Source: Lytechinus pictus (taxonomy: Eukaryota). From it: a stretch of DNA of 64,000 nt. A model generated the notes under the pieces. That model saw only the letters and a program-made list of their open reading frames with translations. It was not told where the DNA came from and did not search any database. The DNA lies in the NCBI RefSeq assembly GCF_037042905.1, contig NC_087251.1, forward strand, positions 42,224,001 through 42,288,000, written 5' to 3'. Positions 40,001 through 53,105 of the stretch are shown in pieces; positions within the stretch are counted from its first letter, which is position 1, and the number at the start of each line of letters is the position of its first letter. The translations under genes were made by a program, and so were the position numbers.

Positions 40001-42181
40001 ATAGGCCTAGACATCATCCATAATTACGCCTTCACATTTTCTTCCCGTTCTTTATTTTTAATTATTGACATCCCAACCGTTATTTTGTCCCTTATTAATT
40101 TTCCCTTTAGTTTCCTAACTTCATTTCCCAATACAGCCCCCTTTCCCTTTTAGACTTTTACCATAATATATTACCAGTGGCGTAACAGGTATTGGTGGCC
40201 AGGGGGGGGGGGGGGGGGCAAGAGAAAAAAATCATTCCCGGTCATATCATGGTATGAACAGGTATAATGGTGTAAAAAGGCGAAAAAGGCCAGATATTGC
40301 GTATCGGGCAGAATTATTTATTTTTTGATAAAAAGTTGCAAGCGAGCGAAAATCATATATCCTACACTTTTCTTTTGCTTTTCTTTCCTCTTTTTTTTTG
40401 TTATTGGCCCTTGTAGACCTTTTGGGGGCCATGGCCCAACCCTTCCATAATCATATACGGTTGTGCTATGCGGTTGGGGTCGGGGGAGGAGCCCCTGGAA
40501 CTTCTTGTTATCAAAGCCATTTTAAATCTCGCAGATTGCCGTTATTTTACTTAGCGGGTATATAGCTTTTACATAAAACACATTTATTTAACCCAGTCAT
40601 TGGCGGCGGAAGCCAAAAATTTTAGGGGGGCCACAAAATTTTTTGACAAGCAAAAAAAAAAAAAGGTTATCAACCCTAAATTTTAGGGGGGGACGCAGGA
40701 AACTAAATTGATAACCAGAAAAAAAAAGAAAAGGTTATCAACAAAAAATTTGGGGGGGATCGTCCCCCCACCTCAAATTTAGGGGGGACACATCCCCCGT
40801 CCCCTCCGCTTCCGCTGCCTATGTGTGGAACCAATATCCCCCCTCCTGTATGCCAGTGATAGAACGTAAAGCTAGGAAGGGTACCTATACAGGGGGCGTA
40901 AAATACCAATTTGAAGGTTGAAGATGTAGAGCCCCTACTGCGAGGGGTCTGGGGCAGAGCCCCGGTAGCTTATATAATTGCATAAAATTTAGCAAGCATT
41001 ATTATAACATCATGTTGTATGCAGTCCATCTTTCTTCCCGCTCTTTATTTTCAATCCTCAGCAGCCCGGTCGTGTAATAAGTTCTTTTTTTTTCCTTGTC
41101 CCTTTTTTTCGTTTTCCAATGTAGCTTTTGGCTAATTCCATTCTACATCAAGTTCATTTCCCGCTATTGTTGGCCATTTTGTCATCTTTTGATTTATTTC
41201 CCTTTCTTACTAATCATGCTATTGTATTACATAGGCCTATTTCGGAATGATTTGTTCTTTCTTAAATGTTCTTCTTTCGTTCATTTTCCCGCTTTCGTTT
41301 CTTTTTCCATTTTTATAAATATTTTTTTATTCGTTTTCTTTTCACTTTTCCCTTTCCCTTTCCTCTTTACTCCCCCTTTCTTTCTCACTCCCTTCCCCTA
41401 TTCCTGTTTTTCAGTTATTTTCCCGTCCGTGATATCCGCAGTTTCCCCCTTGCCCCCACCCACGCCTGTTACGCCACTGCTCAATTACTTTCCCTTTCTT
41501 TTTGGCTCCCCCATCTCTCCATTTTGCCATGCTTTAATTCAGTTCCCCTGTCTCACTCATTTATTATTATTTCGGGATGAATAATTTTGTTCTTGATTGT
41601 CACAATTTTTCCCCCTATTTCCTCCCGTTCTCCCTAAGTTATTCTTTTCTTGATCTTTCTTTCATCCTTACCCCCTTGGAGTCCCTTTATTCCACGTACC
41701 CTCTTATACTTTACTTTTACTTACCTTTCGCTCTCTTAATTATTTTTCCTCGGTTCCCTTTTCCCGATTTTGTTTTAATTTTGCGAAATCTCGGGGGGGG
41801 GGGGGGGGGGGGCGCCTGTGTACGCCACTCGAAGGTGGGGCCGGCGTGGGGGAGGGCGGTGTGGGGAAGATGGGAACGTGAAGGACTTGTGTGTGGCATG
41901 TGCGGGTGTGTTTATTCTTCTTTTTCCCCCTCTTTTTCTGACATCAATTCAGTGAATTGTAAAAATGAATGGATCAATAATTAATGTATGTGTTTATGAA
42001 TTACATATTTTACTGGTACCTTGATGTATGAAGTTATTATGATGTATTATTTATGAAGTTGGTCCAATTCACTAGCTGAAAGCAGCAATAGGAGAATAAA
42101 AAAAACACAAAATCTCTGGCCTTTATATATGCTTGGTTCCAACATGATTTCATATATTCTTTTGTATATTGTCTCTGGCAG

Positions 42182-42400
42182 GGCCCGTTTCATAAAACAT
42201 TTGCCGCAGCGGCAACTCCCATTTTCTGCGGCAAATCTGTGTTTCTGCGGCAAATCTTAAAACAGCGTCAAGTTTCCGTTTCATAAAACTTTGCCGCAGA
42301 TACTTTCTGCGGCAAATGACAATTTCAGCGGCAATATTTGACGCAGCTCAAGGAGCTGCGGCAAATGACAATTTCTGCGGCAATATTGCCGCAGAAACAG
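42182..42400. mobile_element. Terminus of a Harbinger-like element with multiple TTGCCGCAG/CTGCGGCAA subterminal motifs
   Basis: CAG|GGCCCGTTTCATAAAAC start with repeated 9-mer sites in both orientations. No matching opposite end was found in the window. Confidence 0.55.
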
Positions 42401-42741
42401 CTTTTTCATCAAAATACCAACAATTTTGAGGGCCTAAGAGCCATATTGGTCAATTTTTTGATGATTTTGATTTGATAAATTGCTTTTTGTCATTCTAAAT
42501 AGAAAATACATGTATTTTTACTCATTGACAAATAAAAAGTAGATATTTATTGAATCATCATTCATTCTTTTTAAAGTCAAATTTATTTCAATAAATAGAT
42601 ACAGAGGGAACATACATTGCGTTCCTGCAAATTTACACTTTCAAAAAAGCTTTCCTTTATCCTGTAAAAGAATGAACAAATGATGTCTCATTTTGTAAAA
42701 GATGTTTCCTCATTGGCTTTTGAGTTTTAATTAAATTCATT

Positions 42742-45548
42742 TCATAAGTGCTGTTGTTGCTGCTGCTGTTGGTTTTTGCTGATGTGTTTGTTGAAACTCT
42801 TGCTGAAGTTGTGGTTGCTGTTAATGTTCCCGGAGTGGTTGTTGGACATCTTGATGTTGTTGAGGTTGCCGGTGTGGTTTTTGCACCTCCTGCAGAAATT
42901 GTTTATGCTGCTGTTGTTGTTGCTCCTGCTGCTGTTCATGTGATTGAAGTACCTGAAATAGAAATTAATTCATAATGCATATAAGCAAGATACCAAAGTT
43001 ATTCCTAATTTCATTTTCATTGTTAACCCTTAATAGACTGGGGGGGGGGGGGGGTGGAGGCACCTTTCGATACTTTGCAAGATTTCTCAAAATGGACAAG
43101 ATCCTCAGGCGCCCCCGGGATGATCTACCAGAATAGCCTCACCTAGTAAGGTTTATTAACAGGATTTTGTACTCCTTACATTCAGTTGATTTTGCATCAA
43201 CTCAATTCATCAAATGAATGTAAAGGGTCTACCAGTAAAAAAAATTATGTGAGCTTCTTCGGGTAATCTACCTGAGTCCTATTACTCCTTTACTGACAAA
43301 TTAATGATTAAAAATATGATGAAGTGAATAACTAGCATCTATGTCTTTGCAGTAATTTGACATGTTGCATCTTAGGTGGTAGTGGTGGGGGTCAATAATT
43401 ATAGAAATGCAGAATATTCATGTACCACTTTGGCAAGAGAAAGCAAGTCACATTATCTACCAATGATTGATATTGGTTTGTTGTTTTTGCAGCTGTAAAA
43501 GAAATATCATATATCAATTTAACACTTGACGAAGAGCAAATCAAGAAGACAAAAATCATTCAAATTGTTATCATGTGACATACTTCCTATGCCAAAGTGA
43601 ATCAGAATTATAATCAAGAGTGTTTAACTTACAGGTGATATCACATTTCTAGGCTCTTTGAATGGCTCTCCGAACCCTTCAGTCGTTGATTTTGGCATGG
43701 CTTTCTGATACTATCTTGTGTCTTTCTGGAAATGTGGACAAAGCCTCACCTGAAGGAATAAATTAAATTGAAATTTTCAAAAAATGTTTGGCACTTTTTT
43801 CTCTCACATGTATACATTGCATGTATATCAAAAGAAAATAAGAGGAAACGTCATTTGACTACTAAGTTTTTATCATGGGGGGGGGGGGGGGGTAAAGGGA
43901 TCAAGATGGGTTAATATGATGAACAAAAATGCAAACATGCAACAATAGATAATATATAAGGAATATCTGGTTGAGAAACATCACTTCATATGCTATGCAA
44001 TTGTTCCTCATAATTTATCTTGCACACACATGTACACGTAGTGAGGATGGGTGAGGGAGAGAGAGCGAGCGTTGTCATCGTACATGCAAAAAGTATTAAA
44101 TCCATCACTGGTGTATAGATGAGGGGGCAATGCCTCCCCCCCCCCCAATGTTTCATGACCAAGAAAAAAAAAAGGGAATGGGAAAGGGTGAAATAGTCTA
44201 TTATTTTCTGATTACGTCAAAATCTTTCTAAAAATTTGATTTCTGTATTTAAAAGTTCAACAATTTTGCTCACTCCCTTCGCTCTCTTGCATCTTTGGAG
44301 AACTTTTGTTCCATCCACCATATTTAGCCCTCTCAAAATATTTGGCTCATTACGCCACTGAAATCCATTGTAAGAATTTTATATTTTAATGTAAACCTAA
44401 TCTAACCCTAATAAGACTGCCAGGGTATTTTGGAGGCAGGAAAGATGGGCGGAAGGGGGGTGGGGGCCCTCAAGATCTTGACCGTTAATTGCGCAATTGT
44501 GAAAAAATGCAACATGCCTGTCACAGATGAAAAAATTGTATATTTGATCGTTCTAAAATTATTTAAATTTATTTGTAATTAATAAATTTTACTTATTCAT
44601 GCATGAAATTAGAATTTGGCTGGAAATCTATAAACAAAGCCCTTGAAGTGTTTTTTTTTTTGTTCAGACACATAAACGTTAAATGATATCAAATTCCATT
44701 TATCTGTTTTTTTTTTTTCTGAAGTATTTCTTTGTTGTTTTTTTTTACTTTTTTTTTATATTGTTGACAAAATTTTCTGATCATAAGCAACTTGAAAGTA
44801 ATTGATTTTAATCAGTAAAAATAAAAATTACCGGTATGATACAATTATGAATTTTGGCTAGAAACAGAATTTGCATTGGATTTGTTCATGAAATCACATC
44901 TTAAAGTAATTCTGACATGTACTTACACAACGTTGCGTAATTACAGAACCGGGTACCCACGTGTCACAAATTTTGTCTGAAAACTCATGAATCTTTAAAA
45001 AAAAAGGCATATAATGACGCGGCACCATCTTTCACGTTGTGGATTTATCGCGAAAATTTTTGAGCCCCCCCCCCCCACCGCCTTTTTACGGTTAAATCAG
45101 ATTGCACATCATGATGGGTTTTACTGATATTCATTCTGCAACCCATATTTCAAAGACTATCCATCATATCTGACATTGATTTTTACCTGTGGCTGCATGT
45201 TAGTCTCTGCTTTTCTACAACTGTGGCCAAATATTCTGCAACAAGTTCATTAGATGGGCCCTTGGCATTTTTCTTATTGTAGGAGACCGGCAAGCCCTGG
45301 CTTTGAAGTTCCTTGTCTATCCTTCTCCAGCTGAAATATCTGGTCAGTTGAGGACTTGGGGGCTTAGTGTCAGGAGTGGTCTTGGTAGTGGCGGTGGCAA
45401 TGGTGATGGCAGTGGCAGAAGCAGACTTGGTGGTGGTGGCATTAGTAGCACTGATGGTGGTGGCAGCAGTGGTGGTGGTGACTGCAATTGCAGCATTGTT
45501 GATGGTGGTATACGCCTCATCACGACCAACATTTGCTCCTGCTGCCAT
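42742..45548 (-). pseudogene. Degenerate spliced low-complexity (Thr/Pro-rich then Gln-rich) coding remnant, possibly a transposon accessory gene
   Basis: Three exon-like blocks with GT/AG borders (about 45186-45548, 43633-43749, 42742-42952). The Gln-rich frame VLQSHEQQQEQQQQQHKQFLQEVQ... is interrupted by stops. Confidence 0.35.
44106..44360. mobile_element. hAT-like MITE
   Basis: 8-bp TSD AAATCCAT at 44098-44105 and 44361-44368; imperfect TIR CACTGGTGTA / TACGCCACTG. Confidence 0.75.
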
Positions 45549-46775
45549 CGATTATGTTTTAAGTAGAATAAACATTAAAACATTTGATTATTAAAGGTAT
45601 AGTGTATGATTGGTTGATCTCAGACAAGGGCAATGAATCAATTTTGAAATTATTACATTCATTAAATACCTATATTATTGCTCTATTTTATCACGGAAAA
45701 GAAACTTGCATAACTTTTATATTCTCATGATATTGAGGGGTGAAACATATATTATAACAAATCTCGGTTAAACGATAAAAGTTTGAACTTTCTTATTGAC
45801 GCCCTCTCGGGTTAAAAAATAAATTGATATTAGAACACCGTTCGAATCATGCATATTCATTACGACTCATGCATATTGATGAAATACGTCATGGCGCATG
45901 CGCAGTATCAAGAAATCCCCGTATCAACAAAGTGCAGTACTCTGTGTGTGTAGCTGAGTAGAAAGCAAACATCGAACGGTGCGTGCAAGCTCAATGAGCC
46001 GATGCTAGGCGGCTAGCGACATGCTTGCGCTCTGCATTAGTTTCAGATATAATCCACTATTTGCGATAGCACACACAGGATAAGAATACTATATTGAGCT
46101 ATATCCATAAATGTATCGTACGCGTGAAAAAGGATTCAGACACGTTGATTATCTGACGTGAATGACGAAGCAAAGGATTGCCCAATACGGCTTACTTTCG
46201 GACTCTCATGTCATGAATCTGAAAGTATTCCAAGACTAAAAGAGATACGAGAATCCCAGAGATGGGCAAGGGCCGAGTTCCGAGTTTGATCTTTATTCAT
46301 GTGGATTGTAGCTCTTTTATGCACCTTTCCCTTCATGTATAGCTTGGCGTGATACATATACGGGAACTACAGCGAGGCGCTATAGCGCAGCTCACTGTAT
46401 GTATACTCTGTATACTGACTCCTTGGCCCTCCCCAAAGGAAAGGGGGAGGGAGGAGAGAGAAGAAAGAAAGAAGTGGATTGGTGAAAGAGAATCAGGAGA
46501 GCCATCATAAAGGGATATGGATACAACATACCCTAATTTGATATTTTGGTGTTTTTTTTATCTTTCCTGAATGTTTCAGTCAGTTTCAGATTATTTAGAT
46601 CCACTCGCAAAGTACAGAGGAGAAATTGGAAAAAAAAGTTAGCCCAAAAATATTTAAAACTCTAAACAGACGGCCACCACCATTCTGTCTACAGCCAAGC
46701 ATGAAGGGAAAGGGCGAAGAGAAAAACGATTACTTTCAGAGCAGGTTCTACGATATAAAACAGGGTTTGTTTAAT

Positions 46776-46970
46776 ACGGGGTTAAATATAGGCCTATAGT
46801 AAAACATAACGAAGATGCAATCATATATGCCTATAGTAAAACATAACGAATATGCAACCCCAATGCGGGGTTAAATATAGGCCTATAGTAAAACATAATG
46901 AAGATGCAACCCCAATGCGGGGTTAAATATAGGCCTGTAGTAAAACATAACGAAGATACAATCCCAATGC
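46776..46970. repeat. Minisatellite, unit of about 57 bp
   Basis: GGGGTTAAATATAGGCCTATAGTAAAACATAACGAAGATGCAA is repeated about 3.5 times. Confidence 0.85.
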
Positions 46971-49045
46971 AACACTTGACTACTCTTCGTTTGTTTAGAT
47001 TGAACTCGCGAGGTCAAAAGGTGAGCTGAGAAACCTGTTGATGCGAAGTACGTACGTGTAGTCTACATTGTGTAGACCGTGATAGCATGAATGTGACCAA
47101 CGTACGCATCAAGTTGCTAATTTCTGTTATTTCTGTGCCGAGGTTTTTACCTGACTGCTAAGAAAGCACGAATGCCTGTGAGCAAGCAACCAGGGGACCA
47201 ACGGCTCAAGGTCGAACAAGCAGAGTAAAGGCGTCATGAGTCAAAAAATGAGGGGGGGCAGACATGACGTCAGGGACAAGATTTCTGGGAAAACTCTTAT
47301 TTTTGCATCCACACAAGAAAGCTTGCATCGAGATATGGAAAAATGAGAAGTTGAGTATTGCGCGGTGCACGTGCTTCAGAGTTGTGATTTCCAGGGCCGA
47401 CCAGCATGTAGAGTCTTACAACAGAACTTTACAAGGCACGCCGTGGGGCAAAGTGCAACAACGTATGTGAAAGAAGACTAAGCAAACCTGGAGAAGCAGC
47501 AAGGTGCAACATGTACAAGGGAATTGTGCATGTACATTACGTCTGCTTTGAAATGTGTACATGGGTCGCCGAGTTTTTATGTAGTATGGGGAGGGGGTGG
47601 GGGTAGCCTATAATGATATAGTAGGGCGCTTTATACTTTATACAATCATGGACCTATTACGTCCATGCTATAATCAAACCATCAGCACGACCGGTGGATG
47701 GATGACTGAAAGAATTGATGGATAGGCATATATAAATGGATCATCCAATTGATGTATTTTCCCAAGAAATGGATGGTCAAAGAGAAATGGATACAAATGA
47801 TGCAGCAATAGATAGGGGCACCCCATGGGAGATCAACTTGCTACCCCTTCATAGACAGTAAACAAGTAGAAAGAATTGATAAAAAGATGAAATTTTATAA
47901 CAAATGAGAGGAAGAAAGGCCTCCGGGAAAGGCCTATACGCATACAGAGTGTGCACGAGCAGTTCAACCGTTGAAAAAATGTGAATGACTGCAACATGAG
48001 CAGGACAAAGACATTACTTGCATCCGGGACTTGCATCTTGATTGGCATAACATTTTAGACTTATTTATCAATGGAATTGTAACTCCCATTTCCCTGCTAT
48101 AACTATAGGAAAAACGAATGATAACTGTTGTTTTATAGACGTGGAAATTTATGCTTCATATTAGGACCAAAGAGATTCTGGCGTACGTGTCAATATTTCA
48201 AAACTCATGCGGGAAAATAATATAATCATTTTTTATGATTGAAAAAAAAGTGCCAAGTTCACACTGTCACGATTTTTTTTTTTGGTGGCGGTGCTGAGGA
48301 AAATTTGACAAAGCAAAAGAAAAACATTAAAAAAGGTTCCAATACAAAATGTTGGTAATTTTCCTACATTTATCAAATTCGACACCTATACCAGAATCCC
48401 AGGGGGAGCTGCCTACATGGAAAATAATGCACGCCGCACCCCATTGTAAAATCTTGGGGGTGCTTTGCACCCCCGGTTCCAAGGGCCTTAATTATAATCG
48501 CGGAATAATTAATCGTATCAGATCAGTCGAGGCGATCGTATTGATCGTATAAATAGTTGGAATGGTTCAACTATGTGGTGATGTGGCTTTTTTTGCAGGA
48601 TTTTTTTGCATTTATTGGAATAATATACAAAACAAATTTACAATGCTTGAGACATGATCATAATACAAGTGACAATCGTATATGTAGTGACTGGAGAAAT
48701 ACAATATATAAAAAAATATATATATAATGAGTAAAATGCATAGGCAAACTATATACAGTAAGCAAATATGTGCTTGAAGCATATAGCAGCCAAAATAAAA
48801 ATGAAATTTCGAAACGAGACAAAAATAAAATTTTTATTTTGGGACAAGCCCCATCTGGCGAGGTTTAATGGGTATACGCTTTTTCTGATCATGGACCCTG
48901 ATGTACTTAATTTATGATGATGTAATTAATGCACATGTGCTGCCGATGAAAATATAATATTTTGCCTTTATGGGTTTTTTACAACTCCAGGGGGATCAAT
49001 GAGAATACAGTAATAGTTCTGAATACGCACTGAGAGAAGTGAAGG

Positions 49046-49555
49046 CCGGGGGGGGGGGGGGGCACTTCCATTGACGAGTGGATACCATGCGCGACCATGG
49101 GGTCTCGAAAAGCACCCAAACACGTATTTTCCATATTCTCAAACTGCACCCCTTAACAAGTATTGGCGTCTCAAACCGACCCTTAACAAGTATTGGAAAC
49201 AAAACGATACTCTTGGCAAGTATTCCCGAAATGAACCCCTAAACAAGTACAGCGATATTTTATTGTTATGTCGGGTCCGTCGGTCGTTGGTTTTACCTTT
49301 ACACATCATTATTTTGGTTTAGTACGGCCCCATGCACCTTCCACAACTCGCGCAAGTCGGACTTTAAACACGTAGTGTTGGGGCAAAAAGGACATCCTTT
49401 ATAAAACATTTTAATTTTGTTTCATCATCCCCGAAAATATTACCCTAAACACGTAGCTTTCCTAGCAACATAGATACCCTTTTTTTAATATTTTTGTGTT
49501 TTTGGGGTCGCGCATGGTATCCACTCGTCAATGTAAGTGCCCCCCCCCCCCCCGG
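49046..49555. mobile_element. MITE with poly-G/poly-C TIRs and 8-bp TSD (superfamily unassigned)
   Basis: TIR of about 50 bp, CCG(G)nCACTT.CATTGACGAGTGGATACCATGCGCGACC; TSD AGTGAAGG at 49038-49045 and 49556-49563. Confidence 0.88.
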
Positions 49556-51509
49556 AGTGAAGGCAAAGCGGTCATGGAGCATGCAAGCAAACGAGTAATT
49601 ATAATTCCTTGAATAGTCATACCATAATAAAGTTGGAGAGGATAATATTGAAATAAATAGAAAAATAACATTAAAAAATGCGAACATAAGGAATACACAC
49701 AACCCCCAACCCAAGGCTAGGAATTGTGTAAACATCGAAAAATACAGAAAGATGTTAGGAACCTTGCTTGAACTATTGGCGTAAATAATAAACGTAAAAT
49801 ATATGAATTAAGGGGCCAGATATATGTGTCGGGCACAAATCATTTTTTATCGGTGATAGATTTTGACATAATATTCAGATATTAGTTCCCCTTCTCGCTT
49901 TCTTTTTGTATTGGCCGTGACAAATTTGGGAATCCATATAGCCCCAATCCTTCCCCATTATTTTGAACGCCACTGATTTCAACTGGATATCGTCAAAAAA
50001 TATTGATTGATTGATTTTATTTCGCAAGTCACCATAATATATATACAGTAGCATTAAAAACAACAGGCTTACACAGGATGACCCACGGAAGCTCTAAAGC
50101 TATTTTCCAGTGGGGAAATAGGCTTTACCTTGTAAATAAATATTACCTTGGAAATAAGCTTTACCTTGTAAATAAATATTTACAAGGTAGTCAAACTGAC
50201 AGCAGATGCAGCGTGTAAACACAGTATGAATTTCATTACATGATAATAATAAAATGATAATTACGTAATGTCATGGGTGGTGAAACAAGGATGGGACGTT
50301 TTGTAATTCGCTACGCAGGCTTTTGATAGTAAAGCTGATGAAATACAGGGTTGAAAGTAAAATAATGTGAAAGACTGAAATGAAACGATCTATTCAAAAT
50401 ATAAATTCCATGAAAGAGAAGCGATTCAAACAGAGTATGATATTGCGTTTACATTCCCTTTGATTCATATTATTTTGATTCCCTTTCAACAATCTACTTC
50501 TTTCTTTATTGCTTCTCTCTCCTCCATGCCCCCCTTCCCTTTCTTGGGGCGGCGGGGATGGGGGGGGGGTATCGGATATGAGAAAGCCTGCAGTTTAGGT
50601 GTTATGGCACACTCGGACAAGTTCAATTTAGTGGCCTAGTAGGTCCATTGGTAAATTGCCAAGTCGTCGACTGCCAAGTGCCAACTTGCACTCACCACAT
50701 GGTCTGATTTAATTTAGTCCATATCCATTCCGTCCATCAATATTTCGTCGAACAACTATTTGGTCCAGTATCCAATTCATTTTCATTCATTTTGCACAAT
50801 AGCACGTTGTCCAATTAGACCAAATGGTATATGGACTGAATGGCTATTGGACCAACTGGTTACTAGACGATAGTGGATGAACATAATTATGGTAGACTTT
50901 AATGATAGTAGGCGAGTTGGCAATTTGACGATTTGGCATCAGACGAAATGGAAGTAAACTGATCCATGGACTTATATAGTATCACACCGGTATAGATAAA
51001 GAGGTACAAAAGTGGAAACGATGCCCGACGGACATGCGCATATCCAGGATTTTGCACCACGAGGGGGTCACTATTTTTGCGCCCCTGTGAACTTTTCGGA
51101 AAATTGCACCCCGACCCGACCACTCAGGCAATCCCAAAGTGCCTAAATGCATTTTGAATTGTCTTATTCCACAACCACGTGAAAAAGGCAATCGAAGACC
51201 ATTTTTTTTAATGTGTCCATAGTGTGTCCATGTAAAAAAAGATCAAAGTTGTATCCACTTCTTGAAAAGAATGAATGCGACCAGAAAGCATAGAATTTTT
51301 AAGCGTTTTGGGGTTTCAATTTAGTTCAACTTTTCATCAGAGTGGTAGACCATACTAAAATTATGTGCGGGAGCTGTAATTTCTTAACCGGGGCTAGATC
51401 CAGCTTTCGCCAATAGGGGAGGGGGATATTTTCATCTGTTTTCCGATCAAACATTCTACGCTTTTTGCAACCGTGAACATGATATGTATATGAATTATTT
51501 AAACAATTA

Positions 51510-52600
51510 TTATTGATACGAGCGCGAAACGTGAGCTGAATTTTTTTTATATTCTGACCTAAAATTTGAGGGGAAAAAAATCTATGAGCACTTTTGGCAA
51601 TCAAGAACAGGATGAGTATCTATCAACATTTTATGCGATCACGAAGTGCGAACTGACAATTTTTGAATTCCCAATCCAACACTGGACATCATAAGCACTT
51701 TTTATAACCATGAACAGGATGGGTATATAGCTAAATAATTAATGCGAGCGCTAAGCGCGAGTTCAAATTTTTTGATATTCTGACCTCGTAAATTTGTGCG
51801 AGTGCGAAGCGCGAGCTTAAAAAGTGATTGATATTTTGACCTAAAATGTGGACATTCTAAGCACTTTTGGTAATCATGAACAGGATTGTCATCTAACTAA
51901 ACATTGATGCGTCCGCAAAGAGCGAGATGAAATTTTTTTCATATTCTTACCTAAAATTTGGACATTTGAGTAAGCATTTTCGGTTATCATGAAAAGGATG
52001 ATCAGTAACAAAACATTTTATGCGATCACGAAGTGCGAACTGACAATTTTTGAATTCCCAATCCAACACTGGACATCATAAGCACTTTTTATAACCATGA
52101 ACAGGATGGGTATATAGCTAAATAATTAATGCGAGCGCTAAGCGCGAGTTCAAATTTTTTTATATTCTGACCTCGTAAATTTGTGCGAGTGCGAAGCGCG
52201 AGCTTAAAAAGTGATTGATATTTTGACCTAAAATGTGGACATTCTAAGCACTTTTGGTAATCATGAACAGGATTGTCATCTAACTAAACATTGATGCGTC
52301 CGCAAAGAGCGAGATGAAATTTTTTTCATATTCTTACCTAAAATTTGGACATTTGAGTAAGCATTTTCGGTTATCATGAAAAGGATGATCAGTAACAAAA
52401 CAGTTTATGCGAGCGCGAAGCGCGAGCTGAATAAAAATCTATATATTTTGATACAAAGTCAGACATTCTAAGCACTTATCTTACCATGAACAGGATCGCC
52501 ACCTTACTAAACAATTAATGCGAAGAGTAGGATGAATTTGTTTTTATATTCTGATCTAAAATTAGGACTTTCTAGGCACTTTTGGTAATCATGAACATGA
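51510..52600. repeat. Degenerate satellite-like array (GCGAGCGCGAAGCGCGAG core) containing a near-exact 387-bp higher-order duplication
   Basis: TGCGATCACGAAGTGCG occurs at 51634 and 52021. Related units lie at 53850-54200 and, on the other strand, inside 28318-29706. Confidence 0.85.
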
Positions 52601-52619
52601 TTGGTAATTGATGGGAGCA

Positions 52620-53105
52620 AACATGAGTTTGGCACCCCCTCCCCTCCCTAGGTAAATTGAACCTGAATTTGATGCACCGAGACAAATATCAAATTGGCGT
52701 GTGGTGAATATCCATTCGGCACCCCCTAGGTTGAACATCAATTCGGCGCCCCTATATGTCAAACAGCAACTCGACAACCGTATATAGAAAAAAATTATTC
52801 GGCGCCCCATCCCCAAGGTTAAACATCATTTCGGTGCCCTTCGGTGCCCCTATGTCGAACATCTATACGGCGCCCCGAGGTAAAACATTAATTCGCCCCC
52901 CCCCTAGGATGAAGATCAATTTGGCACATCCTAGGTCGAACATCAATTCGGCGCCCCTAAGCAAAACATAAATTCGGCACCCGCTATATACATACTCTAG
53001 GTTGAACATCAATTCGGCGCATCCACCCCCCCCCCCCATGTCAAACAGCAATTCGTCAACCCCTTTTCTTTCCTTCCCTTTTCTCCCTATTTTGGCGCCC
53101 CCGAA
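52620..53105. repeat. Degenerate short-unit array (AATTCGGCGCCCC core)
   Basis: The core motif recurs about every 30-40 bp. Confidence 0.75.

Noticed and set aside
40175..41479. CAGTGGCGTAACAGG / CCTGTTACGCCACTG inverted pair as one element
   Set aside because: No 8-bp TSD and several nested fragments lie between the ends, so the boundaries are not supportable.
47380..47570. Cys/His-rich stretch resembling a piggyBac C-terminal or PHD-like domain
   Set aside because: Spacing is inconsistent and there is no adjoining transposase or ORF1 sequence.
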